NCBI GenBank assembly: GCA_051362555.1
Contig: CM120641.1
Span: 47,994,401 to 48,058,400, forward strand
DNA length: 64,000 nt
Direction: 5' to 3'
DNA from: Lingula anatina
Lineage: Eukaryota > Animalia > Brachiopoda
Shown: one piece after another, positions 13,057 through 25,153 of the stretch
Numbering within the stretch: position 1 is the first letter of the stretch
Layout: the number at the start of each line of letters is the position of its first letter
Made by a program: the position numbers and the translations under genes
The notes under the pieces: model-generated
The model's input: the letters and a program-made list of their open reading frames with translations, nothing else
Told to the model about the DNA's origin: nothing
Databases searched by the model: none

Positions 13057-14912
13057 TATTGATGATAGTAGAAAAATCATGTTTGAAAAGATAACATATT
13101 GTAGGATTATTCTTCAATATTATACAGGATAGACATGGAAACTTCAACCTAACGAGCTTTTGCCCCTTACATGCAGTTAAGATATTTGTTAAAATTTCAC
13201 TTTTACCACTGAAAAAATATTCTTCATGAGAAGCAAAGAATCATCCACCAGCAAGTTCTGTTAACTTGATTTGACTTCATATAACAGTTATTGCAGCATG
13301 GAAGATTCAGTTAAACCCAAAAGAAAAATGTTGGACAGTTTCATTTGCAATATATTTGTTTTCAATGAACAAGTTAATCTAAACAAGAAAAATCTAACTA
13401 CGTGAAAAAGCTCCCCCCCCCCCCCCGACCCCCCATTTTAAGACTGCTTGGGTCTCTATAATTGATAAATTAAATATAATAAGATATGCCATTTGAAATT
13501 TTGCTAAAGTTCACACCTCTAGTAAATATTGCATACCATTAAAAAATTATAAGTACGGTTGTTGACTTGTGAAATCTGACACTCAGGTTTGTAAAAAAGA
13601 AATTTAAAGAGCTGATAAGGTGCGGATATATCTTATTACATATTAGGTGCCTAGACTTTGGTAAGAACTTCATCTGATGGCTGTTTTTATTGAACTTAAT
13701 GTATTCACAGGCCAGTAGCCAATAATTTAAAAAGCCTAAGGGGGTTCTTTTTCTGAAAAAAAGTGGACCTTTTACCATAAACCTTCATGCACCAAGAAAA
13801 ATTTTTACCCAGAGGAGATCCTTTTCCAGCTAACAAAGTGGTGTTTGAACCCCTTATAGCCCCTTAACATAATTGAGTATATTTAGGCAAGTCCTCCATT
13901 TGAAAACGAAGCAATTCTTCACTTTTAATGTAGCATGGAATGGGCTTTATGAAATGGAGCTGTACCATTGGGTCGGCATTTTTGGACTGACCACGAGGTC
14001 AACAATATATGACTGCAATGATATATGATTTCACGATATATGATTAAAAATGAAAGCTATCCATAGGCCAATGATACCAAATTCTTCTTTACTTTTTTTA
14101 AGCTGCTGTCACAGCACAATAAAAAGAATAAGAATCACAAATTCCCCCTTGGACAAAAATTAATGCCATTAAAGCAAGACATTACTCCTTTCTCTATTCG
14201 ATGAGGATTTTGTAGGCCTTAATCATGGATTTCTACTGCGGTCTGAGTGTGCTTTTACAAATGATGAATAGGACGATGTAGCCTAGGACGTTCAGTGTAG
14301 GTAGAGTAAGTTTGAGCATGATTTGATGGCTGCCTCCATTTTATTTTGGATTTTTAAGCCGTGTTTGGGGTATTCATGTTTCGCAAGTTCCCTTTTTTTT
14401 TTTTTTTACTTTATGGGACCAATTGGGGATTTAACAACATTCATTTTTAATACTTATACTGATTTTGATGCTTTCTGATTTTATGGTAGGATAGTATAGC
14501 TCTGTAAGATCGTTTTATGTCGTTTTGAAGTTTATGCACCCGATTTTAAATCATGAAGCGATTTTCCGACAATCGTTGTCTACCCAATCTAGGTGACAGC
14601 CGCGCTTGGTTGCACTCTACAACATTCTGACACATGGGAGTTTTGACAACATCAAATTAGTCAACGATTCAGGTTAAGTTTTACAACTTAATTTTCGATA
14701 TTTTGGAAAGAAAAGTGGTGCACTGACTGCGTCGTTCAAATAAGAATGAGTATTGTTGCTTAAACGACTCCAGTCTGTTAGCAAAATGTGAATTACGCAG
14801 AAATATTAACTGATACTTATAAATGATACTACCTTCAAAACTTGCAGTCTTCACCGACCTTGACCCTACATCCTGGTCACAAAAAAATTGCAAGACAAGC
14901 TAACACCCATAC

Positions 14913-15161
14913 CTGCACTTTGTTTTTACGTAAAGATAAAGACGTGTAGTGAAAGTTGCGAAAATAATTTTCTTCAAAACTTCCGAGCACGAAATTGTTC
15001 AGATTGGTCTCTTTTGTATCACAAAGTTTGAATCCTTCCAAGTTGAGTCCGGTTGAAGAGCAATTGTGGTAGAGAGGATGTATGGCACAACTACAGCAAT
15101 CCACACATGTTAGAAGCTTCCGTTTATTGTCAAGACAGAACAGACCACAAGATGTAGACAT
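14913..15161 (-). CDS. Uncharacterised gene 1, candidate first coding exon (MSTSCGLFCLDNKRKLLTCVDCCSCAIHPLYHNC...NKVQ)
   Basis: ATG at 15161 inside ORF 14877-15182. Donor CAG|GTATGG is phase 0 and joins exon 11890 in frame. Cys-rich content continues across the junction. Confidence 0.55.
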
Positions 15162-18100
15162 TATATTGAGGTCACTGTTCAAGTTATTCTAAACACAGCT
15201 TTCCTAAAGGGGGGGGGGGGGGGGGGGGGGGGGGCTTATACTTGGTTTAACAAAAAGTAAGAAGTGGGGAATGATATGCATTATAAGATTGCAGTCTACA
15301 CAACAAGAAACTGAAGGCATTTTTAGCAACTGAGTATACTTTTTATTTAATCATTTCATTCATTTTGGAGAAAATAACTTATGACACATCCATTGTACTT
15401 TGAAAAAGAGGTAGACAAAGCAGGACAACCTCTGCACCACTGCACTAGCATTTGGCAAAATAATTAAAATAACATGCGTAATAAAATAATATTTAAAGCA
15501 ACAAATAGCAATCAGCTTGACCATCTCCCATACCAGTCATTTGATAAAAATTCATCATGGTCAAACACTGAAGGCACCCAATACACGGCTGGTGTCAGTG
15601 TTAGTTTATTGGAAATGTAAACATTAAAACATTACAGTTATATAGCAATTATAACACTTTCTGTTAAAATTCTCATATAAATATAGTTTTTAAGGTGTGA
15701 AAATGCACCCTGCAGTTCTGGTGATATAATACCTTACAAGTTCACCACAGTTTATGTGAAATATGTATCCATGGAGTTTGGAAGTGCCCACTCTGAATAC
15801 AAAATCTGTACTGTTTTATCTCATTATATTCATATGTTTATAAACAGTAACTTACTTATAGTATATACCCACAGAGAAAAATGAACTACTTGGAACTGAT
15901 AACTATATTTCATAACAGCTGACGGGAGCCCAATAACACTGCCCCAGGCACATTTTAATAAACATATAATTAATTCACTCTTTATTTGCCAAGGGGTTTA
16001 TTAGAGACAACATTGTTAACATGGTATATCTTTTTGCAATAAATAATTCTTTTATGTACACCAATTTACATAAAAAGAAAAAAAAAAGACCCCTCCCCCA
16101 CCCTCCATAAAAAGTAAACTTTACATATATGATATTGCTTCAAATCATTTTTGTCAATTACGATAGAAAAGTATGAAAAGATGGACCTTTGTTGAAAAGA
16201 TTTAATTTGTTATTACATGTTGGATAATTTTCTTCGGGAGAGTTTGGTCTGTAGTATTATCTTCCATGTTCCCTGTAAAGCTAAAATGCATTACATCTTG
16301 CAGAAGGGGACCAGCAAAATGACACAAAATCAGATATTTCATGGATAACCGACATTCATCAAAACATGACCAAAATATTAAGTTAATTAATTTTTATTAC
16401 ATATCAAAATGGAAAAATCACTGATGTTTTCGTAATTAGATCTTAGATACTCAATCAAGAATATAATGCACTTATTTTGTCATCACCAGATTAGGTCTAA
16501 GAAATGCAACTGTGGTTAGTACATTGTGCGATCTTAAGTAGCTGGGACTTAGTAGGAAGATCTGAAGAGCAGGAAATGCATGTCAATAACAATGTATTAC
16601 ATTATGTAGTAATACCTTCTCCATGTCCTTAATGTCAAATAGAGACATCCTTCAAGATGTGATTTTTCATACTTAAAGTAGAAATAGCTGTCACAGGTAC
16701 CATATAAGATGTCAATTTATCTTGCACTATTCAAACACACAATTCACACTAGATCGATACTTGTTACACTTCATAGAAATGGTGCATCACTGGATTTGTT
16801 TTCCCGATGTTACCTATTTCTCACGTTTTTTACCTTCATAGGTTCCAAATCACAAGCAGGTGAAACAAAGCTTTGACAAGTTGCTAAAATGTATTTTTCA
16901 CATATTTGGCAAGGCATTTACACCTCAATCCTTACATTTACTTTAATGTAATCAGAATGACAAGCAACAATGTAAAAATTTGTTCTCTTATAAGAAGCAC
17001 CATCTTATTCTACAGCATGGAGTGAGAAAACGCTGTTACTCCACTGTCTCCACTTCACATATCTGCCACAGAGCACATCCATGGAAATTACAGAAAAACA
17101 AAACTCTCGGAAAATGAAACTAAGGAAATTATCAAACACATATGTCAAAAATAAGACATTTCATGCAGCTCATTATGGAAATACTATTCGTTTCTGTCAA
17201 TCTTCTGCTTGTTACAAGGCACATTACAGCAACAGCACGCAGCTTAATATCAGTTCATTACCTGTTCTGCATAAACATTTACACATTAAAGAAAAGTGAT
17301 TTGAACAGTGAAATATTTACCAGTAAAAATTCCAAATTTGTTCTTATCATCAATAAGTCTTTTTCAATTACTAAAATGTCAACATTCTGATCATGTCAGC
17401 CCATAATGGCTACATGTTTCATATAACACAACTTTCAAAAATTCACAAACTTGTACAGTGGGGCATAGTGTACAGCTGCAGGAAATGATACAATCACATA
17501 CTGTAGGTAAAGCACTGGAAATCTCGGTCCATTTGAAAGACCTATTTGTAACAAGGTTGCTGATGTCTTGCACTGCCTGAAGTAGCATTTCTGAACACAA
17601 TGTCAACAGTTATCATTACATTTAATCAATCAATACACAATTATAAAAAAATTACCAAAGCTCCACATCATTTGAGGAGCTCATTGCTTTGTGTTTATAT
17701 ATAAATGTCATGGAGTACAAATGCTCAGCACCATACAAAGCAGTTAAAAAAATACTCCTTGGCTAAGAAGACAGGCACGATGTGGCAGACCAAAGATTAT
17801 GCCGAGGAGATTGGGGGGGGGGGGGTATAAATCCTCTGTGGTCTCCCTGATCCCCAAATATGGCAGGGTGCTGGCTTATCTAGCTAATTAGAAACATAAA
17901 ACAATTGGTCCTCGATAAAAATGGGTATAGGGGGCAAACCCTGAGAACAAATCTAAGCACTTATAAAGACCACTGTATCACTTCTTCAGACAAGTTTTCA
18001 AATGTTGACAAACATGCTCTTGAGATATGTAGGATACCCGTGGACTATTTTTTTTTTTCTATCATGAGAAATTAATTTTCTCCAGTAACCTGGATCATAC

Positions 18101-18260
18101 TGGGAGTATTATACCCTTCATAGACCTGACTATCTTTAGTATGAGACGAATATCAAAACACTTGTTAATATCAGTCCAGGCAATTCACGCCATTCTGACC
18201 ATTACTAATCCCAGAGGGTGGAATCCTTTGTGACGATTCAGCAGAAATGGGAAGCTGATA

Positions 18261-18485
18261 TCAGGATGTCGGAGAGCCGGTAGCATTCGTGTACATTTCC
18301 TCAAAAATGTCAATGATATTGTCTATTCCAGTGAGGTAGCCATCCTCCCTGTTTCCTTCCACCCAGGGGGCCCTGTGACTGATGGTGGCGTCATTGGGGA
18401 TGGGGTTACTCTTGCCAAAGTCAATCATCCACACGCATGCTTGCTCCGTGTTGTCGTGAACAAACAGAAGGGAACTGCCAATCAG
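18261..18485 (-). CDS. ITPKB: Inositol-trisphosphate 3-kinase, last exon ([11 protein letters not shown]...WMIDFGKS...EDGYL, stop TGA)
   Basis: IPK-family SSLL and IDFG motifs. Acceptor ctttcAG. 225 nt including stop. Confidence 0.95.
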   Translation of the reverse strand: MIGSSLLFVHDNTEQACVWMIDFGKSNPIPNDATISHRAPWVEGNREDGYLTGIDNIIDIFEEMYTNATGSPTS

Positions 18486-18703
18486 CTGAAAGATGCAATA
18501 AGTCATTATTACCATGGCAACACACTTTGTGACATTGTTGTCCCAGAGAATTCAAAGCATTTTTAGCTCTACATACATCATACTTGCGTCACTTGCTCTA
18601 AATATATCGTACTTGCGTCACTTGGAAGTCTTGGTCACCACACAACAAACGGCCAAATTACAGTCAAATTGCATTTGCCTTTGCGAAAATGTACCTTCAA
18701 ATC

Positions 18704-19095
18704 GTACAAGACTGACGTAATGAATGAAGGATTCAGCAAATTCCTTTATCTTGATATTAGAAAAGTGCGTAACGGATCTAATGTGCAAATGGATGTTGCT
18801 GTTTTTAACTGATTGGATGTTGAAATTGAATTCCAACTTGTACAAGTGTGACGTAGTGAATGAATTGCTTAGCAAATTCTTCATTATAAGCTTAAAATGA
18901 AGTGCAAAGAGGATTAGATGTGCAAATGAAAGCTGCTGCTTTTAACTAATTGGATTCTGAAATTAAACCACATTTTGTATTAGCATGACCTAATGAATAA
19001 ATTGTTTAGCCAATTCCTTAAGCTGAAAATAGAAAAGTGCTAAATGGATTCAATGTGAAAATGTAGGAAACTAACTTTTAGCCAAATGGATTTGA
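18704..19095. repeat. Three degenerate tandem copies of an about 137-bp unit
   Basis: Units start at 18704, 18840 and 18977, sharing tgac.ta.tgaat, agcaaattc, aagtgc, atgtg.aaatg and tggat. Confidence 0.75.
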
Positions 19096-19613
19096 CCATA
19101 CTTGGCAGGTCATTAAACCCATAAAACCCATAAAATGTGAAATCCAAATTTCATAAAGTGATTTTTTACATGTCTGGTTACCTTTTCCAATTCACACCTG
19201 ACAGGTGTTAAATTCCTTAAAAATGCACCTCGAGCTTCAGAGAAACAAACCTCTACACTACAACACAAAAATCACTACATGATCTGTTAAAGTACATAGT
19301 GTACTGCCATAAGACATGCACTTTTGGCTTTAGTCACTACTGAACCATTCCCAGACCCTATCTAAACTACCTGTGGATCGACCTATCTTCAAGGGGATTC
19401 TTGCTAAATTGCAATCAACTAAAGCGGATGTCTGTCACGCCTACTGAAGCTGCTAGGGGTAATCAATAATTGTTTAGCAGCTTCAGTAGGGGTGCCAGAC
19501 ATCTAAGCCGCTTAAGCTGAAAACAATTTAGTGAGAAACCTCTTGGAGATGGATCGATCCTGTTAGATTAATCTAGTTGTGAGAACCCAGTCTAAATAAG
19601 GCGTTAAGCCTAC

Positions 19614-19685
19614 CTCATGCCTGGCAAAGAAAGGAGATGCTTCCAGAGTAGCTCTTATTGCCTTGAGTCTTCTCATGTACTTCAG
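19614..19685 (-). CDS. ITPKB: IP3 3-kinase exon (LKYMRRLKAIRATLEASPFFARHE)
   Basis: Hand translation resembles the vertebrate ITPK RLxxIRxTLExSPFFxxHE segment. AG/GT boundaries, 72 nt, phase 0/0. Confidence 0.93.
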
Positions 19686-19770
19686 CTGAAAGTATTCACA
19701 AATATCAGTTATCAGTTAGTCAAAAGTACTCGAGAAGTAACAAAATCAGGGTGTTTCGAATCTAACTTAA

Positions 19771-20093
19771 AGAGATAACAACTGTTTTTATGATATCCAT
19801 TGTAAACAACTCACAGAAATATAATAAATTCTATTCTACCACCAAAATGGCAGTTAACGCAATTCTTCTGGTATTTGTGCTTGCCATCCCATCACATGAC
19901 CTTCATAGATGGCTACATTTTATAATAATCTCTTAGGAGAATACTGCAAAAAACCAAACTTTTTAGAAAAAAAAAAACAGGAACTTACTTTGAATATTGA
20001 AATAGATTCATTAACCAAAAGCAAGTGTGGGAAAATTGTCGTTTACCCCAGGAAAATTCATTTTTTGGCCAAAATTAACAGTTGTTTTTCCCT
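19771..20093 (-). mobile_element. Kolobok-like MITE, inverted copy in an IP3K intron
   Basis: TTAA flanks. Reverse complement aligns to 5788-6121, and the spurious ORFs 5803-6027 and 19909-20097 are homologous. Confidence 0.85.
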
Positions 20094-20198
20094 TTAATAA
20101 GTTTTTCCCAGAAAACAAGTCTTTCACACAACTCCAGCTGTAGCATAGTTTACATATCTTTTAAACCAAGCTGCCAAGCACCTGAATACAACACTTAC

Positions 20199-20300
20199 TA
20201 TGATATTTTTGTTGTTATCTGTATAAGAGATGAAGCAATCTAGAATCTGCTCTCTTGTTCTAGTGGTTTTGAAATCTCGACTTGAGCTACCATCTGCTTT
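20199..20300 (-). CDS. ITPKB: IP3 3-kinase exon (KADGSSSRDFKTTRTREQILDCFISYTDNNKNII)
   Basis: AG/GTAAGT boundaries, 102 nt, conserved DFKxT. Confidence 0.93.
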
Positions 20301-20463
20301 CTGAAATGACAAGGATAGCATTTAGTCAATAAAAAGAAGAACATTCTACAATGACATTTCAATTAATCCTTAAAAGCCACCTCCAGCATATCCTTGATAC
20401 AGGAAAAATGCAAAAGATATCTTCAAATGTTTTTGGTTTCATATTTCCAGAAGGAGACTTCAC

Positions 20464-20613
20464 CTTAATCCCCTCAATCCTGAAGCCCTGGTTTGCGGTG
20501 GAGCTGACTGTCTCCCGCCAGATCATGTAGCGTGGTTTTGTTATGGCTTGCTGGGCATGTTCCTCCTCTGTGGGCTCGTTAGGATCCACCTCGATCATCT
20601 TCTGGTACATGTC
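20464..20613 (-). CDS. ITPKB: IP3 3-kinase exon, inositol-binding lobe ([15 protein letters not shown]...[25 protein letters not shown])
   Basis: Strong resemblance to ITPK consensus. 150 nt, AG/GT boundaries. Confidence 0.96.
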
Positions 20614-21536
20614 CTAGCAAAGAGAGAGAACAAGGGATATAGATTCTGAAGTAAAACCCAGGCTGTTAATTTGACCCCATTTCCATAGATTTTAGATTGA
20701 TCTATCCCTGTGTGGGGAGTCTCACTAGATTACTGTCAGCTTGGCCGGCTTAAGCGTCTGTCCCGCCTACTGAAAGCTGTAAGGGGGTAAGTAACCATGG
20801 TGCGCGCTCGGCTGACTGCAATTTAGCGTGAACCCCCAGGGAGTTAGGTCGATCTAAATCTTAATTCCTGGATCGATCTAAATCTCTGGGAATACACCCT
20901 TTGATCAAAGTCCATTGTTACAGTAAAGGGAATAGTTCTGATACCATAATTATTCTCAATGTCAAAAAAATAACAAGGCTTCCAGCTGGATTTTTGTGAA
21001 AAGAAGGAAGTTTTGATGCGATATTTCCCACATAAAATCAATTTAACGTGTGGCTGTATTGTCAGGTTAAAAATGGAACTCTCCCTGTGTGTGACATTTA
21101 GCTGAACAGAAGTATTTTAACAAGCAGTTACACTCCACAATATCTCAGCACAGAAATATTTCACAAGATGTTTTATATTTATAACAGAGATAGCATCAAA
21201 GATTATCATAAACTGAAAAATAGGAACCATATATATTATTTTTTCCATTTGCGACCTTCAATAGAGCCTCAAAAACACATCTGTTTTGTATTGCAGTATC
21301 ATATAAATATCCAGAGCTGAGAGCAGATTATAATCAGTACAAGTAAAATCTTCAACCCCCTCCCCTTATTATTACTGCACAGGCATGTAGGAACACACAC
21401 AAACACAAAAATACATACAGAAATAACTCTATAATTTCAATAGGAGTAATTTTAAAATCATTTTTATCAGTTGAAAAGATGGAGTCGTTACCCTAATTGT
21501 TTTCTGGACAATGTGCAAACTTTACAGTTATCCTAC

Positions 21537-21664
21537 CTTCCTGAGTTTGGGGTTTTCTCGTGCTTTTTGCAGCTCCTCTTCCAGGTACGTCCTGACCCCT
21601 ATCTTGCAGTCCATGAGACTGGAGCAGTCAAACTCACACAGGAGGTCCTGCATCTGGATGTATT
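21537..21664 (-). CDS. ITPKB: IP3 3-kinase exon ([43 protein letters not shown])
   Basis: Contains the DxKxG signature. 128 nt, phase 1 in, phase 0 out. Confidence 0.95.
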
Positions 21665-22012
21665 CTTAGGTCAGAAGTCAAGGAAAACAACAGGGTTCAC
21701 ATACTCAGACTATAACTTAGGTACTTGGTATTGTGCAAACTCATCTGTACAGAATTATGTATTAATTGGACATTTCTTTCTTTACTCTTAATACCATTAC
21801 CTTTTTATCTAAAATTACCCTTTTAACTTGAGAAAGTTTAAACTTTCATGAATTTTAATGTGGCTATGTATCTTTCATTATTTTTCTGCCTATAATTCAT
21901 TAGAGTAAAAACGTCGTGTGACAAAATATAGCAAAACTAAAAAATCAAACTTGAAAAAAAAAATTTGAAATAAATTTTCAAAAAGTACACCATTTTCCAT
22001 TTTGAAGGATAC
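21665..22012 (-). other. U12-type (minor spliceosome) GT-AG intron, 348 nt
   Basis: 5' splice site GTATCCTTC. Branch sequence TTTTCCTTGAC (21687-21677) with the branch A about 14 nt from the 3' end. No polypyrimidine tract. Reading frame is preserved across it. Confidence 0.92.
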
Positions 22013-22153
22013 TGATTCCATCTCTCTCTACTTCCCCCTTGTACTCTGGCACGTACGGCCGGATAATGTCCTTCATCAGCTGTTGAAGGCAGGTCTGCTC
22101 CTTGCTGCACAGCTTCTTGAGGATTGTTCCCTGGTCACCTGCCTTGAAATTCC
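22013..22153 (-). CDS. ITPKB: IP3 3-kinase exon (GNFKAGDQGTILKKLCSKEQTCLQQLMKDIIRPYVPEYKGEVERDGI)
   Basis: 141 nt, phase 1/1, acceptor tttgcAG, ITPK N-lobe consensus. Confidence 0.95.
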
Positions 22154-23484
22154 CTGCAAAGGTGAAAAAAATGACATGAAAGTCAAGAAGAAAACCAGCA
22201 CCTTACTCCAGGATAAAATTCCTCTTCTGTTTATTGTCTACTAAACTTAGTTTTTTAATGTCCTTTCTTTCTTTTTGTCTTTTAATTTTTTTCCCATTGA
22301 GCCATTCAATGAATCAAATGGTTTTTTAACTGGTAACAGAAATGTTTACCCAGTAATGTTACTCAAATAGAACTTTTGAAAACTAGAATGACATCCTAAC
22401 AAAACCCTCAACCTGGATTCATCAAAGCATGACAACTTAATGTGTGATGTCTTATTATTCCAACCTTCATCATCCAAATCTGACAGGTTCTTAAAATTTT
22501 TCCTGTACGGCTGTCACGATTCAAATCAACCGAGGGATCTTAAAGGCATTTTGTATGAAGCAATTATAAATTGCTGTCAAGGTTCATATTTGTGGCACCT
22601 TGCCTATGGTAATACTGCTTCTCTCATGACATCAAGCTACATGCATTATGTTATGCCTTCAAAGTACTAAAAATACAGCTGTAACAGTCTGGATGAATTA
22701 GTCAATTATTTGTAACACTTCTGCCTTACTTGCTCAGGTTGTCATCTGCCTTGTTTACAATGAAAAATTGATAGAAATTATTATGTTCAGTCTTCAAAGG
22801 GAATGGTAAATCTTAGCAAACTGGCCCTGAGCTTAATGAATGATGAATGTTCTCGGCAGACAAAAGTGCATGCACATTTAACAGGGATGAGACTGCCGTT
22901 AAGCAAAAAAGTTGGAAAATATGGTGGGCAGTTAGAAAAATTTCATCTCTGATTTGTCCCCTATAGCTAGCTGGTTCTGTGCAAATAATAGATTTTCTAA
23001 ACCTTGCCCAAAAAAGAAAAACAGGCAAGCTATGCACTTCAGTCTCTCAAGCAACATTCTAGAAATTCTTATAATTTCACAAATATCCAGAAAACCATTT
23101 TCAATATCTTAATGAAAAAGAGCCAAATATTCCAAAAAAGCTGCTTTTGGAACTTGACCTATATTTGAGGGGCACAAATCACTCCAGTAAGTTTGAGGAT
23201 AACAAACCACAAGGTTTGACATATATTGTGATAACGGTGAAAAGTGCATGGCGATGACAACACGGTTGACACTAACAGAGGAAGGTGATGGCTATTTGTG
23301 TCTGTACATAAAAAGTGTGAAATAGGCTGAGATAGCAGTGTAGTAACAACCACCAATTTAGCCAAATGCTAAAACTGACTTAAAAGGGTTGATTTGACTT
23401 TTGTCAAATTTAAACCATTTGGAAAAGAAAGTGATAAAAAATTTGACTTAAGAAAAATTTGACAAAAGAAATTGCTAGGTCAAA

Positions 23485-23879
23485 CCCAGATGGAGGAATA
23501 TTATCAGAGTGGAAATTGCTAGTGCTACCCCAGACGGAGGAATATTATCAGGGTAGAAATTGGTAGTGCTACCCCAGACGGAGGAATATTATCAGGGTAG
23601 AAATTGGTAGTGCTACCCCTGACGGAGGAATATTATCAGGGTAGAAATTGGTAGTGCTACCCCAGACGGAGGAATATTATCAGGGTAGAAATTGGTAGTG
23701 CTACCCCAGACGGAGGAATATTATCAGGGTAGAAATTGGTAGTGCTACCCCAGACGGAGGAATATTATCAGGGTAGAAATTGGTAGTGCTACCCCTGACG
23801 GAGGAATATTATCAGGGTAGAAATTGGTAGTGCTACCCCAGACAGAGGAATATTATCAGGGTGGAAATTGCTAGAGCTA
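23485..23879. repeat. 44-bp minisatellite, 9 copies, in an IP3K intron
   Basis: Unit cagacggaggaatattatcagggtagaaattggtagtgctaccc at exact 44-bp period from 23487 to 23839. Confidence 0.97.
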
Positions 23880-24288
23880 CAACTAACATGGATGGATGAC
23901 ATCAAAAGATGGACAAGTAAATCAATGGAAGAGTGCACGAATGAAGCAAAGAACAGGACAAGATGGACGGTCATTTCACATCAACTTCAGAAGAGATGAC
24001 ACACATAGATGGATCAGCCCCGTGAAAATTTGTCTCATTTAACGCTCACTTACGGTTCTCAATCTGTCCTAGAACATAATGTTTTTCTCTTTTAATGAAA
24101 AATGTTCTTAATCTGTTCTAGGAAATTCTGCAGGAATTCCCAAAAACAGTTCTCGAACTGCTACATTCATTATAGAACAACACTAGAGATGTAAAAAAAA
24201 AAAAAAAAAAGAAACGTCAAATGTTCTAGAATAGATTGAGAACTGTAAGTGAGCTGTAAATGAGACAAGTTATCACAGAGGCTGTTAC

Positions 24289-24388
24289 CTTGGTGACCTG
24301 CCAGCTGTATCCAGGGATACCTGTGCTTCTTAAACTGCTGCACAAACGGAGACCAGTGCACCATGTTCCGGATCTTCCGCCATGAACT
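24289..24388 (-). CDS. ITPKB: IP3 3-kinase first shared exon, calmodulin-binding region ([33 protein letters not shown])
   Basis: Close to the vertebrate [20 protein letters not shown]...YPWIQLAGH segment (from memory). 100 nt, phase 0 in, phase 1 out. Confidence 0.96.
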
Positions 24389-25153
24389 CTGGAAAGATTT
24401 AAAAAAAAAGTGAACATGAAATGGAATGAAGTACCAATGGCAAGTAAACAGTGTGAATGTTTTCTAGATGTCTACCTTTGGAATAATCTCTGTCTCATAT
24501 TCCATTTTCCAGAAGCGTCTAGAGCTGAAGTTTCCCGGTAGTGAAGTATGCTATTTTTGCCTGTGATCAATGCGAATTCACAGAATATCTTTTCTTCCTA
24601 TTTTTTTTTTTTTTTTTTGTAACCACACATACAATAGTCTCTACTACAAAAGAAGACACATATCATAATCATGTAATATGACCGCAGATAGACTCTGAAA
24701 ACTACAGCAAGCTACCCTGTAATAAATAAATGAAGATATTCAGTTATCCATACGTCAGCCAAGGTGAACTTCATTCCTGCAGATTACGTGATCTCAGATA
24801 AATGTATTAAATGATCAACATCATGAAAATTGAAACCATATAATAAAAAAAGGATATTAAAATGGCTTCAAAATAAATTACTTTTAGACAAAACAGCATA
24901 CCAATAAAATGAAAGTAATAATAAAAACCAAGCACAAGACGAAGTAAAGCTACACATTTAGGTACAATTCTGACCATATATAATTTTCTGTTGTATATAA
25001 AATTGGTAGTGTCATCTGTTTTCTTGTTTCAAAGTCACCAAAACCACCTTGGGTCACATGTGCGTTCATAAATCTGTAATAGAAGACTCTGACATGATGT
25101 AGCCATAGAAAACCACACTCAAAGAAACAGAAATTACACTGAAACATATTTAC

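Noticed and set aside
16562-16580. CTGAAGA...GAAA hammerhead-like core
   Set aside because: Only four bases lie between the core halves, with no stem II and no stem I pairing.
23485-23879. CRISPR-like regular repeat array
   Set aside because: Units are contiguous with no unique spacers, there are no cas genes, and the context is a eukaryotic intron. It is a minisatellite.
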